64,000 bases of DNA from an uncultured Actinomycetes bacterium (GCA_963747195.1 CAVVDV010000005.1:601704-665703); one strand, 5' to 3'; shown: positions 33,794 to 45,672, numbered from the stretch's first letter. Notes: a model not told the origin generated them from the letters alone. Numbers and translations: made by a program.

Positions 33794-34679
33794 GTGTCGA
33801 ACGCCGTGCGCACCCGTCTCGTTGCTCTTCTCGTCGCCGTGACCGCCGCCGCATGCCTGGCCGCGTCCGTTCCCGCTGTCGCCGGCGGCCGCGCCGGCCA
33901 AGGCGAAGCCCAAGGCCAAGGTCAAGGTCCTCGTGCTGGGCGACTCCGTCGGCCAGGGGCTCGGCGACCGCATGCAGCGCGACAAGCGCCTCCAGGTCAC
34001 GAACGCCGCCTCCGTGAACTGCACGCTCGCCGGCGGTGCAGACTCGCTCCAGAGCTACAAGGACGGCATCGTCATCGGGTCGGGCTGCCCCGACTGGCGC
34101 ACCGCGTGGCCGCCGCTCGTGCAGCAGGCACAGCCCGACGTCGTGCTCGTCGTCACCGGCGGCTGGGAGATCGTCGACCGCTGGTTCTCCAACCCCGGGG
34201 CCGGCCCCCCGAGCACGATCCAGGACCCGCAGTTCGCGCAGTCGATCTCCGACACGCACAAGGAGGCCGCGTCGCTGTTGTCGGCGACCGGGGCCAAGGT
34301 CGCGTTCACGAACATGCAGTACATCAACCCGCCCGAGGCGCTGCCCGCCCCGCCGGGCGTGAACGGCATCCAGGAGATCTGGTGGGAGCCCTACGGCCCG
34401 ACCCAACCCGCGAACTGGGTCGCACCGCTCCCGGGCCAGCAATTCATTGCCAGCAAGGTGAAGACCGACGCGCTCAACAAGATCCTGGCCGACCTCTCGA
34501 GCCAGGGCGCGCTCACGGTGTACGACCTCAACAAGTTCGCCGACCCGAAGGGCGAGTTCACCGACACGCTCAAGGGCAAGCAGGTCCGCGGCCCCGACCA
34601 CTCGCACTTCAACGACCGCGGCTACGACCTCGTCACCGCGTGGCTGGTGCCCAAGCTCCAGAAGCTGACGAACAAGTAG
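33794..34679 (+). CDS. Secreted SGNH/GDSL-fold protein, paralog 2 (frameshift in signal region)
   Basis: Signal-like N-terminus; VLVLGDSVG, VTGGWEIVDRW, YINPPE, PDHSHF (DxxH). Confidence 0.82.
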
Positions 34680-34696
34680 TCGCCGCGCCGCCGGCG

Positions 34697-35716
34697 TTAC
34701 TGGCAGGACGCCGTCGAGCTCCCTGCCAGCACGGCCTCGACGCACGGCTGCAGGTAGTGGTTCAGGATGCTCTGGCCGCCCGGCGTCGACAGGTGCCCGC
34801 CGTCGGCGTCGCGGGCGAGGATCGTGGTCCCGGTGCAGGTGCTCGGGTCGGCGCCGTCGTTCGGCGGCGGGCAGATGTGGTCGCTGTACGCGGGATTGCC
34901 GTTGATCGTCGGGTCGAAGTGGCTTGAACATGTTGAACTGCAGCACGTTCGACGGGTCACCGAACGAGTTCACGACGCTCGTGATCGCGTTGTTGAACTG
35001 CTCGACCTTCGTCTTGCTCGGCCGGTAGGTCATGCCCGCGATCGGCGGCTGCCACGGCGGGCGGCGGGCGCCGTGTTGGCGACCGGGTACCGCTCGTACC
35101 ACGCGTTGATCAGGAAGTCGGGCGCGCCGGGCGTGCCGGGCGGGAACTGCGGCTCGGGCGGGTTCATGTAGGCCGAGTTGGCCACGATCACCTTCGACCC
35201 GTGCTGCCGGAACACGTTGATGGCGAGGCCGAGGTTCGCCTGGTACGCGTTCTTGGCGTCCTGGAACTGCTGGCCGTTCCCGCCCCACTGGCGGTCGGGC
35301 AGGCCGTTCGGGTCGCCCGACCAGCGGTCCATGATCTCCCAGCCGCTCGTCACGATCACGACGACCCTGGGCGTGTACTTGTCGGCGTCCCCCGACCACG
35401 CCGACCCCCAGTTGTCGCACCCGTAGGAGCCGGCGGTCTGGCCGTTGTAGAGGAGGATCGTGCCGCCGCTGATCGTGCACCCGCCGACGATGTCGCTCGC
35501 GGTCGTGAAACCGCCGGGGCCGGGGCACGACTCCCCCGAGCCGGCGGCGTCGCCGAGCCCGCAGGCGAACGAGAACGAGATCGAGTCGCCGACGACGAGC
35601 ACGTCGTGGGGATCGGTCGGCGGCGGAGGCGGCGGACCGCCCACGCACGCCGCCAACACCAGCGCGGCGAGCGCCAGCGCAACGGTGAGCGATGCGGTCT
35701 TCTTGACTCGGGACAT
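34697..35716 (-). CDS. SGNH/GDSL-fold lipoprotein, paralog 3 (frameshifted)
   Basis: LAA-C lipobox; VLVVGDSISFSFAC, VTSGWEIMDRW, YMNPPEP, DGGHLS. Confidence 0.8.
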
Positions 35717-35767
35717 CCTGCCCATCCTCGATCGTGCACTCACGGCGCCGGCAGTCTAGAAGGCCTG

Positions 35768-36211
35768 CTACCGGCCGTCGCGTTCCTCGCCCGCCGCCGG
35801 ACCGACCGCCCCGATGGAGCGGAGGTACGCGAGCTGCGTCTCGAGCACGCCGTGCACCTGCTCGGGGAGGTAGGCCTCGCCCGTGCTCGCGGCGCGCTCG
35901 ACGATGTAGGCGACCACCTCGGCGCTGCCGATGACGATCGGCCCCGACACCTTGGCGCCGGACCCGTTCCCCGACACGCCCTCCTTCTCGAAGTACTCGA
36001 GCTGGAACTCGAGGATGCGACGCACGTCGTCGGACGTGAGCGTGGCGGCGACCTCGTCGGGCACGTGCGCGACGACCCAGTCGTGGGCTTCGTCGAGGTC
36101 GAAGATCGCCGGCGGCGGCTCCTTGGCGATGCGCCCCGCCTCGCGGATGACCAACCATGCGGCGACCGCGACGACGACCGCGATGACGAGGACGCCGGCG
36201 ATGATCTGCAC
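35768..36211 (-). CDS. Hypothetical protein with N-terminal transmembrane anchor
   Basis: MQIIAGVLVIAVVVAVAAWLVIREAGR...FDLDEAHDWV...QLAYLRSIGAVGP. Confidence 0.75.
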   Translation of the reverse strand: MQIIAGVLVIAVVVAVAAWLVIREAGRIAKEPPPAIFDLDEAHDWVVAHVPDEVAATLTSDDVRRILEFQLEYFEKEGVSGNGSGAKVSGPIVIGSAEVVAYIVERAASTGEAYLPEQVHGVLETQLAYLRSIGAVGPAAGEERDGR

Positions 36212-36225
36212 GGGCGCGCGCCCCG

Positions 36226-37358
36226 TTAGATCCCGATGCGCTGCGCCAGCAGCTCCCGGTGGTAGGTGGCGTCGCCGAGCAGGATCTCCGAGCTCTTCGC
36301 CCGCTTGAAGTACAGGTGGGCGTCGTGCTCCCAGGTGAAGCCGATCCCGCCGTGGATCTGGATGTTCTCGGCGGCGGCGTGGAAGTACGCGTCGGAGCAG
36401 TACGCCTTGGCGAGGCTCGCGACGACCGGCAGCTCCTCGTTGTCCTCGGCCGCGGCCCACGCCGCGTAGTACGCCGCCGACTTCGCCGACTCGACCTCGA
36501 GCAGCATGTCGGCGCACTTGTGCTTGATGGCCTGGAACGAGCCGATGGGCCGCCCGAACTGCACGCGCACCTTCGCGTAGTCGACTGCCATCTCCAGCAC
36601 CTTCTGCGCGCCGCCGACCATCTCGTTCGACAGTCCCACGGCCGCCTGGTCGAGCGTCTTCGACAACGCCGCCCATCCCGCGCCCGGCTCGCCCAAGCGG
36701 CCGGGCGGCGACGTCGGAGAAGTCGAGACGAGCCTGCTTCCGGGTCTGGTCCATGGTTGCGAGCGGCGTGCGCGTCAGGCCGGACGCGTCACCGTCGACG
36801 GCGAAGAACGAGATGCCGTCCTCGCCGCTGGTGCCGGCGAGCCGGGCGACCGTGATGATCGTGTTCGCGGTGTGCCCGTCGATCACGAACATCTTCGTGC
36901 CCGACGAGCTGGTAGCTGTCGCCGCTCCCGCTGGCCTCCATCGTGATGCCCGACGCGTCCCACCGGCCGTTCGGCTCCGTGAACGCGAGCGCGGCGATCG
37001 TCTCGCCCGACGCGATGCCGGGGAGCAGCTCGCCCTGCTGGGCGTCGGTGCCGGCGTTCATGATCGCGTCCGCCGCCAGCACGACCGTCGAGAAGTACGG
37101 CGCGCACAGCAGGACGCGGCCCATCTCCTCGAGCACGATGCCGAGCTCGACGAACGTGAAGCCCTGACCGCCGTGGGCTTCGGGGATGTGAAGGCTCTGG
37201 AGCCCGAGCTCCTGCGCCATCTGCTTCCACACCGCCTCGTCGTAGCCCTCGGTCGTCTCCATGAGGCGACGCACCTCCGACGAAGGCGACTTCGCCTCCA
37301 TGAATCGGCGGACGGCCTCGCGGAGCTGCTCCTGCTCCTCCGAGAACGCGAAGTTCAT
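36226..37358 (-). CDS. Acyl-CoA dehydrogenase family protein (second member of tandem pair; frameshifted)
   Basis: MNFAFSEEQEQLRE, YAKVRVQFGRPIGSFQAIKHKCADM, IQIHGGIGFTWEHDAHLYFKRA. Confidence 0.93.
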
Positions 37359-37367
37359 GTCTCCCCC

Positions 37368-38560
37368 TCAGGCTCGCGGCTCACGCGGGAGCCCGAGCAC
37401 CCGCTCGCCGATGATGTTGCGCTGGATCTCACTCGCGCCGGCGTAGATCGTCTCCGACCGGCTCACCATGAACGTGCGCTCCAGCTCGTTGAGCGTCGTA
37501 CTCGCCGCCGGGCTCGCCCTCGACGAGCAGCCCGTCCGTGCCGAGCACGTGCATCGCGATCTCGCCGAGCCGGCGGTGCCACGAGCTCCAGTAGAGCTTG
37601 CCGATGCTCGACTCGGGACCGAGCACGCCCGTCTTCACGAGCTTGGTCAGCATGCGCAGGCCGTTGTACTTCATGATCTGGACGCCGACGTAGGCGTCGG
37701 CGAGCTCCTGACGGATCGCCGCCTCGTCGGTGGCGCCGTTCTTGTGCGCCACGTCGATCAGGTCCGACACCTCGCGCTGGAACGCGATCTGCTGGGCGAG
37801 GAACGCGGTGCCGCGCTCGAAACCGAGCGTGGCCATCGCGACCTTCCAGCCGTCGTTCACCTCGCCGACGACGTTCGCCTTGTCGGTGCGCGCGTCGTCG
37901 AAGAAGACCTCGTTGAACTCGGCCGTGCCCGTCATCTGCTTCAGCGGGCGGACGCTCACGCCCGGCTGGTCCATCGGGACGAGCACGTACGACAGGCCCT
38001 TGTGCGGCGGGCGCGTCGGGATCGGTGCGCACGACCGCGAAGCACCATCGCGCGCGGTGCGCGAGCGTCGTCCACACCTTCTGTCCGTTGACGACCCACT
38101 GGTCGCCGTCGAGCACCGCGCGCGTCTGCACGTTCGACAGGTCGGAGCCGGCGTTCGGCTCCGAGTAGCCCTGGCACCACAGCTCCTCGGCGGCCTGGAT
38201 CTTCGGCAGGAACCGGCGCTTCTGCTCCTCGGTGCCGTACGCGAGCAGCGTCGGCGCGAACAGCCCCTCGCCGAAGAAGCTCACGCGGGTCGGCGCGTCG
38301 GCCTTGGCGTACTCCTCGCTGAAGATGATCTGCTCGGCGAAGCTCGCGTTCCGGCCGCCGTACTCCTCGGGCCAGTCGAGCCCCACCCACCGGTCGCGTC
38401 CGAGCAGCTTCTCCCACTCGACGCGCAGCTCCCAGGCGGTCTCGTCCGACGGCCCGCCGCCGCCGCCGAGCTCGGCGAACTCGCCCACGAGGTGGTCGGC
38501 CAGCCACGTGCGCACCTCGTCGCGGAACGCCGCCTCCGCGGGCGTGTCGAGGAAATCCAC
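37368..38560 (-). CDS. Acyl-CoA dehydrogenase (FadE30/IpdE1-like; frameshifted)
   Basis: [58 protein letters not shown]. Confidence 0.93.
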
Positions 38561-38609
38561 GGCTACCGGGCTCCCCCGGGCGAGCTCTTCGGCACGATTC
38601 GGACGGTAC

Positions 38610-38625
38610 TGGACCGCTCGGTCAA
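38610..38625. promoter_or_regulatory. Operator-like palindrome TGGACCGCTCGGTCAA
   Basis: Near-match to the site at 56724-56739; lies in a divergent promoter region. Confidence 0.5.
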
Positions 38626-38654
38626 GTTGCCAGGTGCCGGTACGCTCGACTCGT

Positions 38655-39266
38655 GTGCCGCGGCCCCCTCACTACGAGGACACGGACGTCCGGATCGACA
38701 AGCTCACGGTCGGGCCGTTCGAGAACAACGTGTTCATCCTCCGGAGCAAGGGCACCGGGGCGGCGACCCTGCTCGACGCCGCCAACGAGCACGAGCTCCT
38801 CCTCGATGTGAGCCGGGCCACGGGCGTGCGGCGTGTCCTCACCACCCACGGGCACTGGGACCACATCCAGGCCGTCGAGGCGGTGCGCGACGCGGGCATC
38901 GACGTCGGGATCGCGCCCGAGGACGCCTCGATGCTGCCGGCGTACGACTTCACGATCCCCGACGACGACGTGATCGAGGTCGGCGATCTGCGGCTGCGGA
39001 CGATCCACACGCCCGGCCACACGGCCGGGTCGACGTGCTTCCTGCTCGAGGGGCACCCGGTGCTGTTCAGCGGCGACACCCTGTTCCCCGGCGGGCCCGG
39101 GAACACGAGCCTCCCGGGCGGCGACTTCGACCAGATCATCGAGTCGATCGACCGGCGCCTGTTCTCGCTCCCCGGCGACCTGCTCGTGCTCCCCGGCCAC
39201 GGCCTCGACACCACCCTCGACACCGAGCGCCCGCACCTCCAGGAGTGGATCGACCGGGGCTGGTAG
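38655..39266 (+). CDS. MBL-fold metallo-hydrolase (glyoxalase II-like)
   Basis: THGHWDH, HTPGHT, FSGDTLF, PGHG; TACGCT -10-like hexamer just upstream. Confidence 0.92.
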   Translation: MPRPPHYEDTDVRIDKLTVGPFENNVFILRSKGTGAATLLDAANEHELLLDVSRATGVRRVLTTHGHWDHIQAVEAVRDAGIDVGIAPEDASMLPAYDFTIPDDDVIEVGDLRLRTIHTPGHTAGSTCFLLEGHPVLFSGDTLFPGGPGNTSLPGGDFDQIIESIDRRLFSLPGDLLVLPGHGLDTTLDTERPHLQEWIDRGW

Positions 39267-39344
39267 GGCCGGAACAACCCCGGGGCGGGGGTGTTCACTG
39301 GAATGACCAGACGATCATCAGACGACGAGGCGAACGGTAGGGAC

Positions 39345-39839
39345 ATGACGGACACACAGCACACCGAGAAGGCGACCTTCGCGGCCGGATGCTTCTGGGG
39401 AGTCGAGGCCGAGTTCCGGCAGATCCCCGGAGTGATCGCGACGACCGTGGGCTACACCGGCGGTCGCACGGACCACCCGAGCTACGAGCAGGTCTGCAGC
39501 CACACGACCGGCCACGCCGAGGCGGTGCTCGTCGAGTACGACCCCGCCCAGGTGACCTACGACCAGCTGCTCGACGCCTTCTGGCAGCTCCACGACCCGA
39601 CCCAGCTCAACCGGCAGGGCCCGGACGTCGGCGACCAGTACCGCTCGGCGATCTTCTTCGACTCGCCCGAGCAGGAGGTCGCGGCGAAGGCGTCGAAGGA
39701 GGCCGCACAGGCTCGGTTCAAGCGGCCGATCGTGACCGAGATCACGGCCGCGCCCGAGTTCTGGCCGGCCGAGGACTACCACCAGCGCTATCTCGAGAAG
39801 CGCGGGATGGCGAGCTGCGCGATCACCGTCAGTAACTGA
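39345..39839 (+). CDS. msrA: Peptide-methionine (S)-S-oxide reductase
   Basis: [39 protein letters not shown]. Confidence 0.96.
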   Translation: MTDTQHTEKATFAAGCFWGVEAEFRQIPGVIATTVGYTGGRTDHPSYEQVCSHTTGHAEAVLVEYDPAQVTYDQLLDAFWQLHDPTQLNRQGPDVGDQYRSAIFFDSPEQEVAAKASKEAAQARFKRPIVTEITAAPEFWPAEDYHQRYLEKRGMASCAITVSN

Positions 39840-40994
39840 GCCCGACCGCCTCGAGATATATAGCCCGCGTCTCCTCTGCGCAGCGCGCCCACGAGTAGCC
39901 CTGCGCGCGTGCACGACCGAGGCTGCCCCACCGTGAGAGCTCGGCCTCGTCGTGCAGGAGGTTGTCGAGCGCGGCCACCCACGCATCCGTGTCGTCGGGC
40001 GATCGCAGGACGGCGGCACCCGCCGCGATCTCCCGCAGCGCGGGAATGTCGGCGGCGAGGACCGGCGTCTCCTGCGCCATCGCCTCGAGGACCGGGATCC
40101 CGAAGCCCTCGTGCAGGCTCGGGAACGCGAACAGGTCCGCGCCGCGGTACAGCGCGCCCAACGCCGGATCGCCGACGCGGCCGAGGGTCCGGACGCGGTT
40201 CCCCAGCCGGCGTGCGGGCTCGAGCACGGACGTCTCGTCCTCCAGCCATCCCGCCGGCCCCGCGAGGACGAGCACGTGCGGCAGGTCGGTGTGCAACGCC
40301 CACCGCACGAAGGCGTCCACGAGCAGCTCGACGTTCTTGCGCGGCTCGAGGCTCCCGACCCAGAACACGTACGGCGCGTCGTCCAGTTCGAACTCGCGGC
40401 GGGTGGCGTCGACCTGCGCGTCGGAGGCGATCTCGAGGTCGACACCGTTCGGCACGACTCGTATTCGCTCCGTCGGGATCGCCGTGTACGCGGCCAGCTC
40501 CTCCGCCGCCGATTGCGAGACCGTGATCACGAGGTCGGCGCGCTTGGCCGCGGCGGCGAGACCTTGCGCGTGGAACCGCCGGCCCCGCCGTGGATACGTC
40601 TCGGGGTAGATGAGCGGTGCCGCGTCGTGCGCGGTCACGACCAGCGGCACGTCCGACTTCGGCGGCACCGCAACCGACGGCGCGTGCACGACGTCCGCGT
40701 ACCGGAGCCGGCGCGAACGCCCGAGTCGCGGCCGGCGAAGCAGATGCCACGCGTCGTACAGCAGCGGCCGAGGGAGCGGGAGCACGACGGGGTCGACACC
40801 GTCGAGACCGAACTCGCGCAGTCTCGTGCGTCGACGTCCTCCCGGCGATGCCTCGCGACGAACGGCACCAGCGTGATCTCGTCTCCGTCCCCGGCCGGCA
40901 GGGCGGGCAGTAGCCTCGCCAATTCGGCCGTGTAGCGACCGATCCCACCCGGGGCCGGTTGGAGCAACTGCTCGAGGTTCAGTGCGACGCGCAT
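39829..40994 (-). CDS. Glycosyltransferase family 4 (one frameshift)
   Basis: [51 protein letters not shown]. Confidence 0.92.
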
Positions 40995-42124
40995 GATCCG
41001 GCTGCTCTCCGTCCAACCGGTCGCCGAGCGAGGCGGATCGGACTACCTACTCGTGCGGATGCTGCGCAGCCTCCCACCCGACGAGTTCGATTGCCACGTC
41101 GCGCTCCCGGGTCGCTCACCGCTGGCCGAGGAGTTCGCCGCCGCCGGCGCCGGCCTCCACACGGTCCCGATGGAGCGCCTGTCGACGAGCCACGGCGCCG
41201 GCGAGTGGGCGGGCTACGTCGCCGGGTGGCCGGTCGCGGTGACGCGGCTCGTACGCCTGATCCGCCGGTTGCGCATCGACGTCGTGCACTCGAACTCGCT
41301 GCACTCGCTGTACGGGTGGGCGGCGGCCGCGATCACGGGGCGGCCGCACGTCTGGCACGCGCGTGGAGATCGTGGTGCAGTCGCGCGCAGCAATGCAGCT
41401 CGAGCGGTTCCTTGCGCAGCACTTCGCGGTGAAGGTCGTCTGCATGTCGCAGGCGATCGCCGACCAGCTCGACCCGGCGAACGTCGAGGTCGTGTACGAG
41501 ACGGTCGACCCGGCCGAGTTCCGACCGGAGCTGGCCGGGCGGTTCCGGGACCGCGTCGGGATCCCGGACGACGCGCCGCTGGTGGGCGCGGTCGGGCGCA
41601 TCGACACGTGGAAGGGCTTCGACGTGCTGCTCGACGCGTTCGAGCGCGCCAAGGGGCGGCGAGCCGACCTGCACCTCGTGGTGGCGGGCGCGCCCGTGAC
41701 CGGGAAGGAGCAGCTCGCCGTCGACCTCGCGACGCGCGCGACGCAGCTCCCCGACGTCCACTGGCTCGGTCCCCGCACCGACACGCCCGAGCTGTTCGCG
41801 GACCTCGACCTCTTCGTGCTGCCGTCCACCGAGCCCGAGCCGTACGGGATCGTCGTCGTCGAGGCGCTGGCGAGCGGCGCGCCGGTCGTCGTGACCGACG
41901 CCGGCGGCGCGCCCGAGATCGTCGCCCGCGCCGCACCGGGGAGCGGCACGACCGTGCCGCCCGGGGATGCCGCCGCCCTGGCCGACGCGATCGTGCGGAT
42001 CGCGCCGGTGACGACGCGGGGCGCTATGCGGCGCTTGCGGCCCGCATCGCAGCCCGCCGTGCCCAGCGGGCGGGAGGCCGAGATCTTCCGCGAGGCCGCA
42101 GGCGGTGGTCACGACGCACACTGA
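40993..42124 (+). CDS. Glycosyltransferase family 4 (one frameshift)
   Basis: [51 protein letters not shown]. Confidence 0.92.
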
Positions 42125-42362
42125 GGCCGGGTAGCCTCGGCGCACCGTCCGGGGGTCCCCCCATGATCGAACTCGATTCCGTCTCCCAACGTCTTCGTGA
42201 GGGTCTTGTCGCGGCTACGCGCATGGGCCTCGGGGTAGAGGCCGAGCAGCCCGCCTGACCATCGCCCGGCGGGGCCACCGGTGCCGGAACCGCCCGTCCG
42301 ATCCGTCCCCGAGCACGTAGTACGTGAGACCAACCCGACCGAAACGAGGCAGGAGGAATCCC

Positions 42363-42437
42363 ATGAGCTCCTGGTACCAATGGACATCCCCCGTGCGGAA
42401 CCTCGCCTGGGTCAGCGCCCACTACGGGTACCGGTAA
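42363..42437 (+). CDS. Putative 24-aa upstream ORF (MSSWYQWTSPVRNLAWVSAHYGYR) before egtA
   Basis: AGGAGGA at 42351-42357, ATG 42363, TAA 42435-42437, egtA GTG at 42440. Confidence 0.55.
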   Translation: MSSWYQWTSPVRNLAWVSAHYGYR

Positions 42438-42439
42438 CC

Positions 42440-43693
42440 GTGCCCGCCGCCCGCCGGTCCCTCACGACGCGCGACGTCCGTCGCCTCGTCGAGGAGCAGT
42501 GTTTCCCGCCCTCCCCCTCGGGGCGGGTCGGCGTCGAGGTCGAGTGGCTGGCCGTGTGCCTGGCCGAGCCGACCCAGCCGGTACGGCACGAGGTCGTGGG
42601 TGAGGCGGGTGCCGAGCTCCCCGCCGGCAGCCGCCTCACCTTCGAGCCCGGAGGCCAGGTCGAGCTGAGCTCGCCGCCGCTGCGCGGCATCGGCCCCGCC
42701 TGCGCGTCCATCGCCGCCGACGCCGCCGCGCTGAGCGCCGCCCTCGGTGACCACGGCATCGGTCTGGTCGGGCTCGGCCTCGATCCCGGCCCGGCCCGGG
42801 CCCGCTGCGTCGACTCGCCGCGCTACGAGGCGATGGAGGCGTACTTCGACGCCCAGTGCGCGGCCGGTCGCACGATGATGCGATCGACGGCCGCCGTGCA
42901 GGTGAACGTCGACCTCGGGCCGACCGCCGCCGACGCCGCCAGGCGCTGGCATCGCGCCCACGACGCCGGTCCGCTGCTCGCCGCCGCGTTCGCGAACTCG
43001 CCGCTCTCGGAAGGCGCGCCCAGCGGGTGGCGCTCCCGACGGCTGGCGGTCTGGACCGACGTCGACGAGTGCCGGACGACGGCCGCCGACGGCAACGGCG
43101 AGCCCGACCCGGTGCGGCAGTGGACCGACTACGCGCTCGCGGCGCGCGTGATGTTCATCCGCCGGGACGAGTCGCGCTTCGTGCCCATCCTCGAGCCGCT
43201 CACGCTCGGCGACTGGATCGCGCACGGTCACGAGCTCGGGTTCCCGACCCTCGACGACGTCTCGTACCACTTCACGACGCTGTTCCCGCCCGTGCGGCCG
43301 CGCGGCTGGCTCGAGATGCGGATGATCGACTCGCTTCCCGATCCGTGGTGGCGCGCGGCGGTGGCCGTCGCCACCACGCTCGTCTGCGACGACACCGCCG
43401 CCGCCGACGCTGCCGACGCGATCGCACCCACCGCCGGTCGCTGGCTCGACGCCGCCCGCCACGGCCTCGGTCATCCCGACTTCGCCGGCGCCGCCCGCGA
43501 CGCGTTCGACGTCGCGCTCCGGGCGATGGTGCGCCTCGGCACCGACGCGACCACGGTGCTGGCGGTCGAGGCGTTCGTCGACCGCTACGTGGCGCCGGGC
43601 CGGTGCCCCGCCGACGACCGCCTCGAGGCGTGGCAGGACGACGGGACGCTGATCCCCGAGCCCGACCAGTTCGCGGCGGCGACGTGGGCATGA
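42440..43693 (+). CDS. egtA: Ergothioneine biosynthesis glutamate--cysteine ligase
   Basis: [55 protein letters not shown]; operon context. Confidence 0.9.
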   Translation: MPAARRSLTTRDVRRLVEEQCFPPSPSGRVGVEVEWLAVCLAEPTQPVRHEVVGEAGAELPAGSRLTFEPGGQVELSSPPLRGIGPACASIAADAAALSAALGDHGIGLVGLGLDPGPARARCVDSPRYEAMEAYFDAQCAAGRTMMRSTAAVQVNVDLGPTAADAARRWHRAHDAGPLLAAAFANSPLSEGAPSGWRSRRLAVWTDVDECRTTAADGNGEPDPVRQWTDYALAARVMFIRRDESRFVPILEPLTLGDWIAHGHELGFPTLDDVSYHFTTLFPPVRPRGWLEMRMIDSLPDPWWRAAVAVATTLVCDDTAAADAADAIAPTAGRWLDAARHGLGHPDFAGAARDAFDVALRAMVRLGTDATTVLAVEAFVDRYVAPGRCPADDRLEAWQDDGTLIPEPDQFAAATWA

Positions 43694-44902
43694 CCGTCGA
43701 CACGGAGAGCCGCATCGAGGCCGGATTGGAGGGCGCGCGGGCGCGCACCCTCGCGCTCCTCGCGCCGATCGACGACGCCGACCTCGTCGGCCAGGTGTCC
43801 CCGCTGATGTCGCCGCTCGCGTGGGACCTCGCCCACATCGGCCACTACGAGGAGCTGTGGCTGCTGCGCAACATCGTCGGCGCCGCCCCGACCAACGAGC
43901 TGTTCGACGACGTCTACGACGCGTTCAAGCACCCGCGCCGAGACCGTCCGTCGCTGCCGATCCTGGGTCCGGCCGAGGCCCGCGCCTTCGTGGCCGGCGT
44001 GCGCGCCCGCGTGCTCGACGTTCTCGCGACGGTCGATCTCGACAGTGACGATCCGCTGTTGCGCGACGGGTTCGTGTACGGGATGGTCGCCCAACACGAG
44101 CACCAGCACGACGAGACGATGCTCGCCACGATCCAGCTCATGGAGGACTTCGCGCATCCCGATGCCGCCGGTTGGCACCCGACTCCCGTTCTCGGCAGCG
44201 AAACGGCCGCACTGCGATCCTTTTCCTTCCCGGAACAGCGTGGCGATCGACGGCGGAACGTTCGCGATCGGCACCGACGAGCACGCCTGGGTGTACGACA
44301 ACGAACGTCCTCGCCACGACGTCGAGCTGGCGCCGTTCCGGATCGACCGCACGCCGGTCACGAACCGTCAATACCGCGCGTTCGTCGACGACGGCGGTTA
44401 CGACGACTCGCGGCTCTGGAGCGACGCCGGATGGGAATGGCGTCAGGACGCCGCGGTCGAGGCTCCGCAGTTCTGGCAGCGAGAAGGGGGCGGCGACTGG
44501 TCGCGACGCCGCTACGGCCGGCGCGAGGACCTTCCGCCCGACGAGCCCGTCCAGCACGTGTGCTGGCACGAGGCGAACGCGTTCGCCACGTGGCGGGGCG
44601 CGCGTCTGCCCACCGAGGCGGAATGGGAGGCGGCGGCGAGTCACGACGGCGAGCCGGGCGGGCCGCAGCAGATGGTCGGCGACGTGTGGGAGTGGACGGC
44701 AACCGACTTCGCCGGCTACCCGGGCTTCGTCTCGTTCCCGTACCGCGAGTACTCGGAGGTGTTCTTCGGCCCGGAGTACAAGGTGCTGCGCGGCGGATCG
44801 TGGGCGACCGACACCAGCGTGCGCCGCGCCACGTTCCGGAACTGGGACTACCCGATCCGGCGCCAGATCTTCTCCGGCTTCCGCTGCGCGGCCGACGCCT
44901 GA
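43690..44902 (+). CDS. egtB: Ergothioneine sulfoxide synthase (one frameshift near 44225)
   Basis: [25 protein letters not shown] (HxxxHxE), [32 protein letters not shown]. Confidence 0.95.
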
Positions 44903-44908
44903 ACGCGT

Positions 44909-45658
44909 ATGTGCCGCCATCTCGCCTACGTCGGACCTCCGGTCACGCTCGAGAAGCTGATCGTCAAGCCGACCCACTCGCTGCTCCAGCAGTCGTTCGC
45001 GCCGCGCTACCAGACCCACGGGACGATCAACGCCGACGGGTTCGGGGTCGGCTGGTACGACCGCGACAAGCGGGTCGAGCCCGCCCGCTACCGCACGACG
45101 CGCCAGATCTGGGCCGACCTCTCGTTCGCGAGCATCGCCGGCCTCGTGAGCTCGAACGCGGTGCTCGCCGCGGTGCGCTCGGCGTCACCGGGCATGCCCG
45201 TCGAAGAGACGAGCACGCCCCCGTTCACCGAAGGCCCGTGGCTCTTCTCGCACAACGGTTTCGTGCCCGGGTTCCGCACCGGTGTCGGCCGCGAGCTGCG
45301 GCGCAAGGTGAGCGAGACGCGCGCGCTCGGCATTGCCGGCGCCACCGACTCGGAGCTCCTGTTCGCGCTCGTGCTCGACCGGCTCGACGACGGCACGCCG
45401 CCCGCCGACGCGCTGGTCTCGGTCATCGGGCTCGTCGAGGAGCTCACGACGGCGCGCCTCAACCTCCTGCTGACCGACGGCGAGCGCATCGCGGCCACCG
45501 CGTGCCGCAACTCGCTCTTCGTGTTCGACGATCGTCAGCTCACCGGAGCGGTCGTCGTCGCGTCGGAGCCGTACGACGACGATGCCGGCTGGGAAGCCGT
45601 CAAGGACGGCTCGGTCGTCGAATTCGGCGACGACAAGCTCGAAGTCCGCCCGTTCTGA
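44909..45658 (+). CDS. egtC: Ergothioneine biosynthesis Ntn-amidohydrolase
   Basis: [34 protein letters not shown]. Confidence 0.93.
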   Translation: MCRHLAYVGPPVTLEKLIVKPTHSLLQQSFAPRYQTHGTINADGFGVGWYDRDKRVEPARYRTTRQIWADLSFASIAGLVSSNAVLAAVRSASPGMPVEETSTPPFTEGPWLFSHNGFVPGFRTGVGRELRRKVSETRALGIAGATDSELLFALVLDRLDDGTPPADALVSVIGLVEELTTARLNLLLTDGERIAATACRNSLFVFDDRQLTGAVVVASEPYDDDAGWEAVKDGSVVEFGDDKLEVRPF

Positions 45659-45672
45659 TCGAGAGGCCCGCC

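Noticed and set aside
1219-38100. Dozens of frameshifts suggesting mass pseudogenisation or programmed frameshifting
   Set aside because: They hit housekeeping genes (lpdA, lipA, E2) as well as accessory ones, show no accompanying in-frame stops or slippery sites, and cluster regionally, which fits long-read indel error
42163-42258. 31-codon ORF MIELDSVSQRLREGLVAATRMGLGVEAEQPA and possible riboswitch upstream of egt
   Set aside because: No clear RBS, weak codon bias, and no recognisable SAM or other riboswitch consensus by eye; an Rfam scan would settle it
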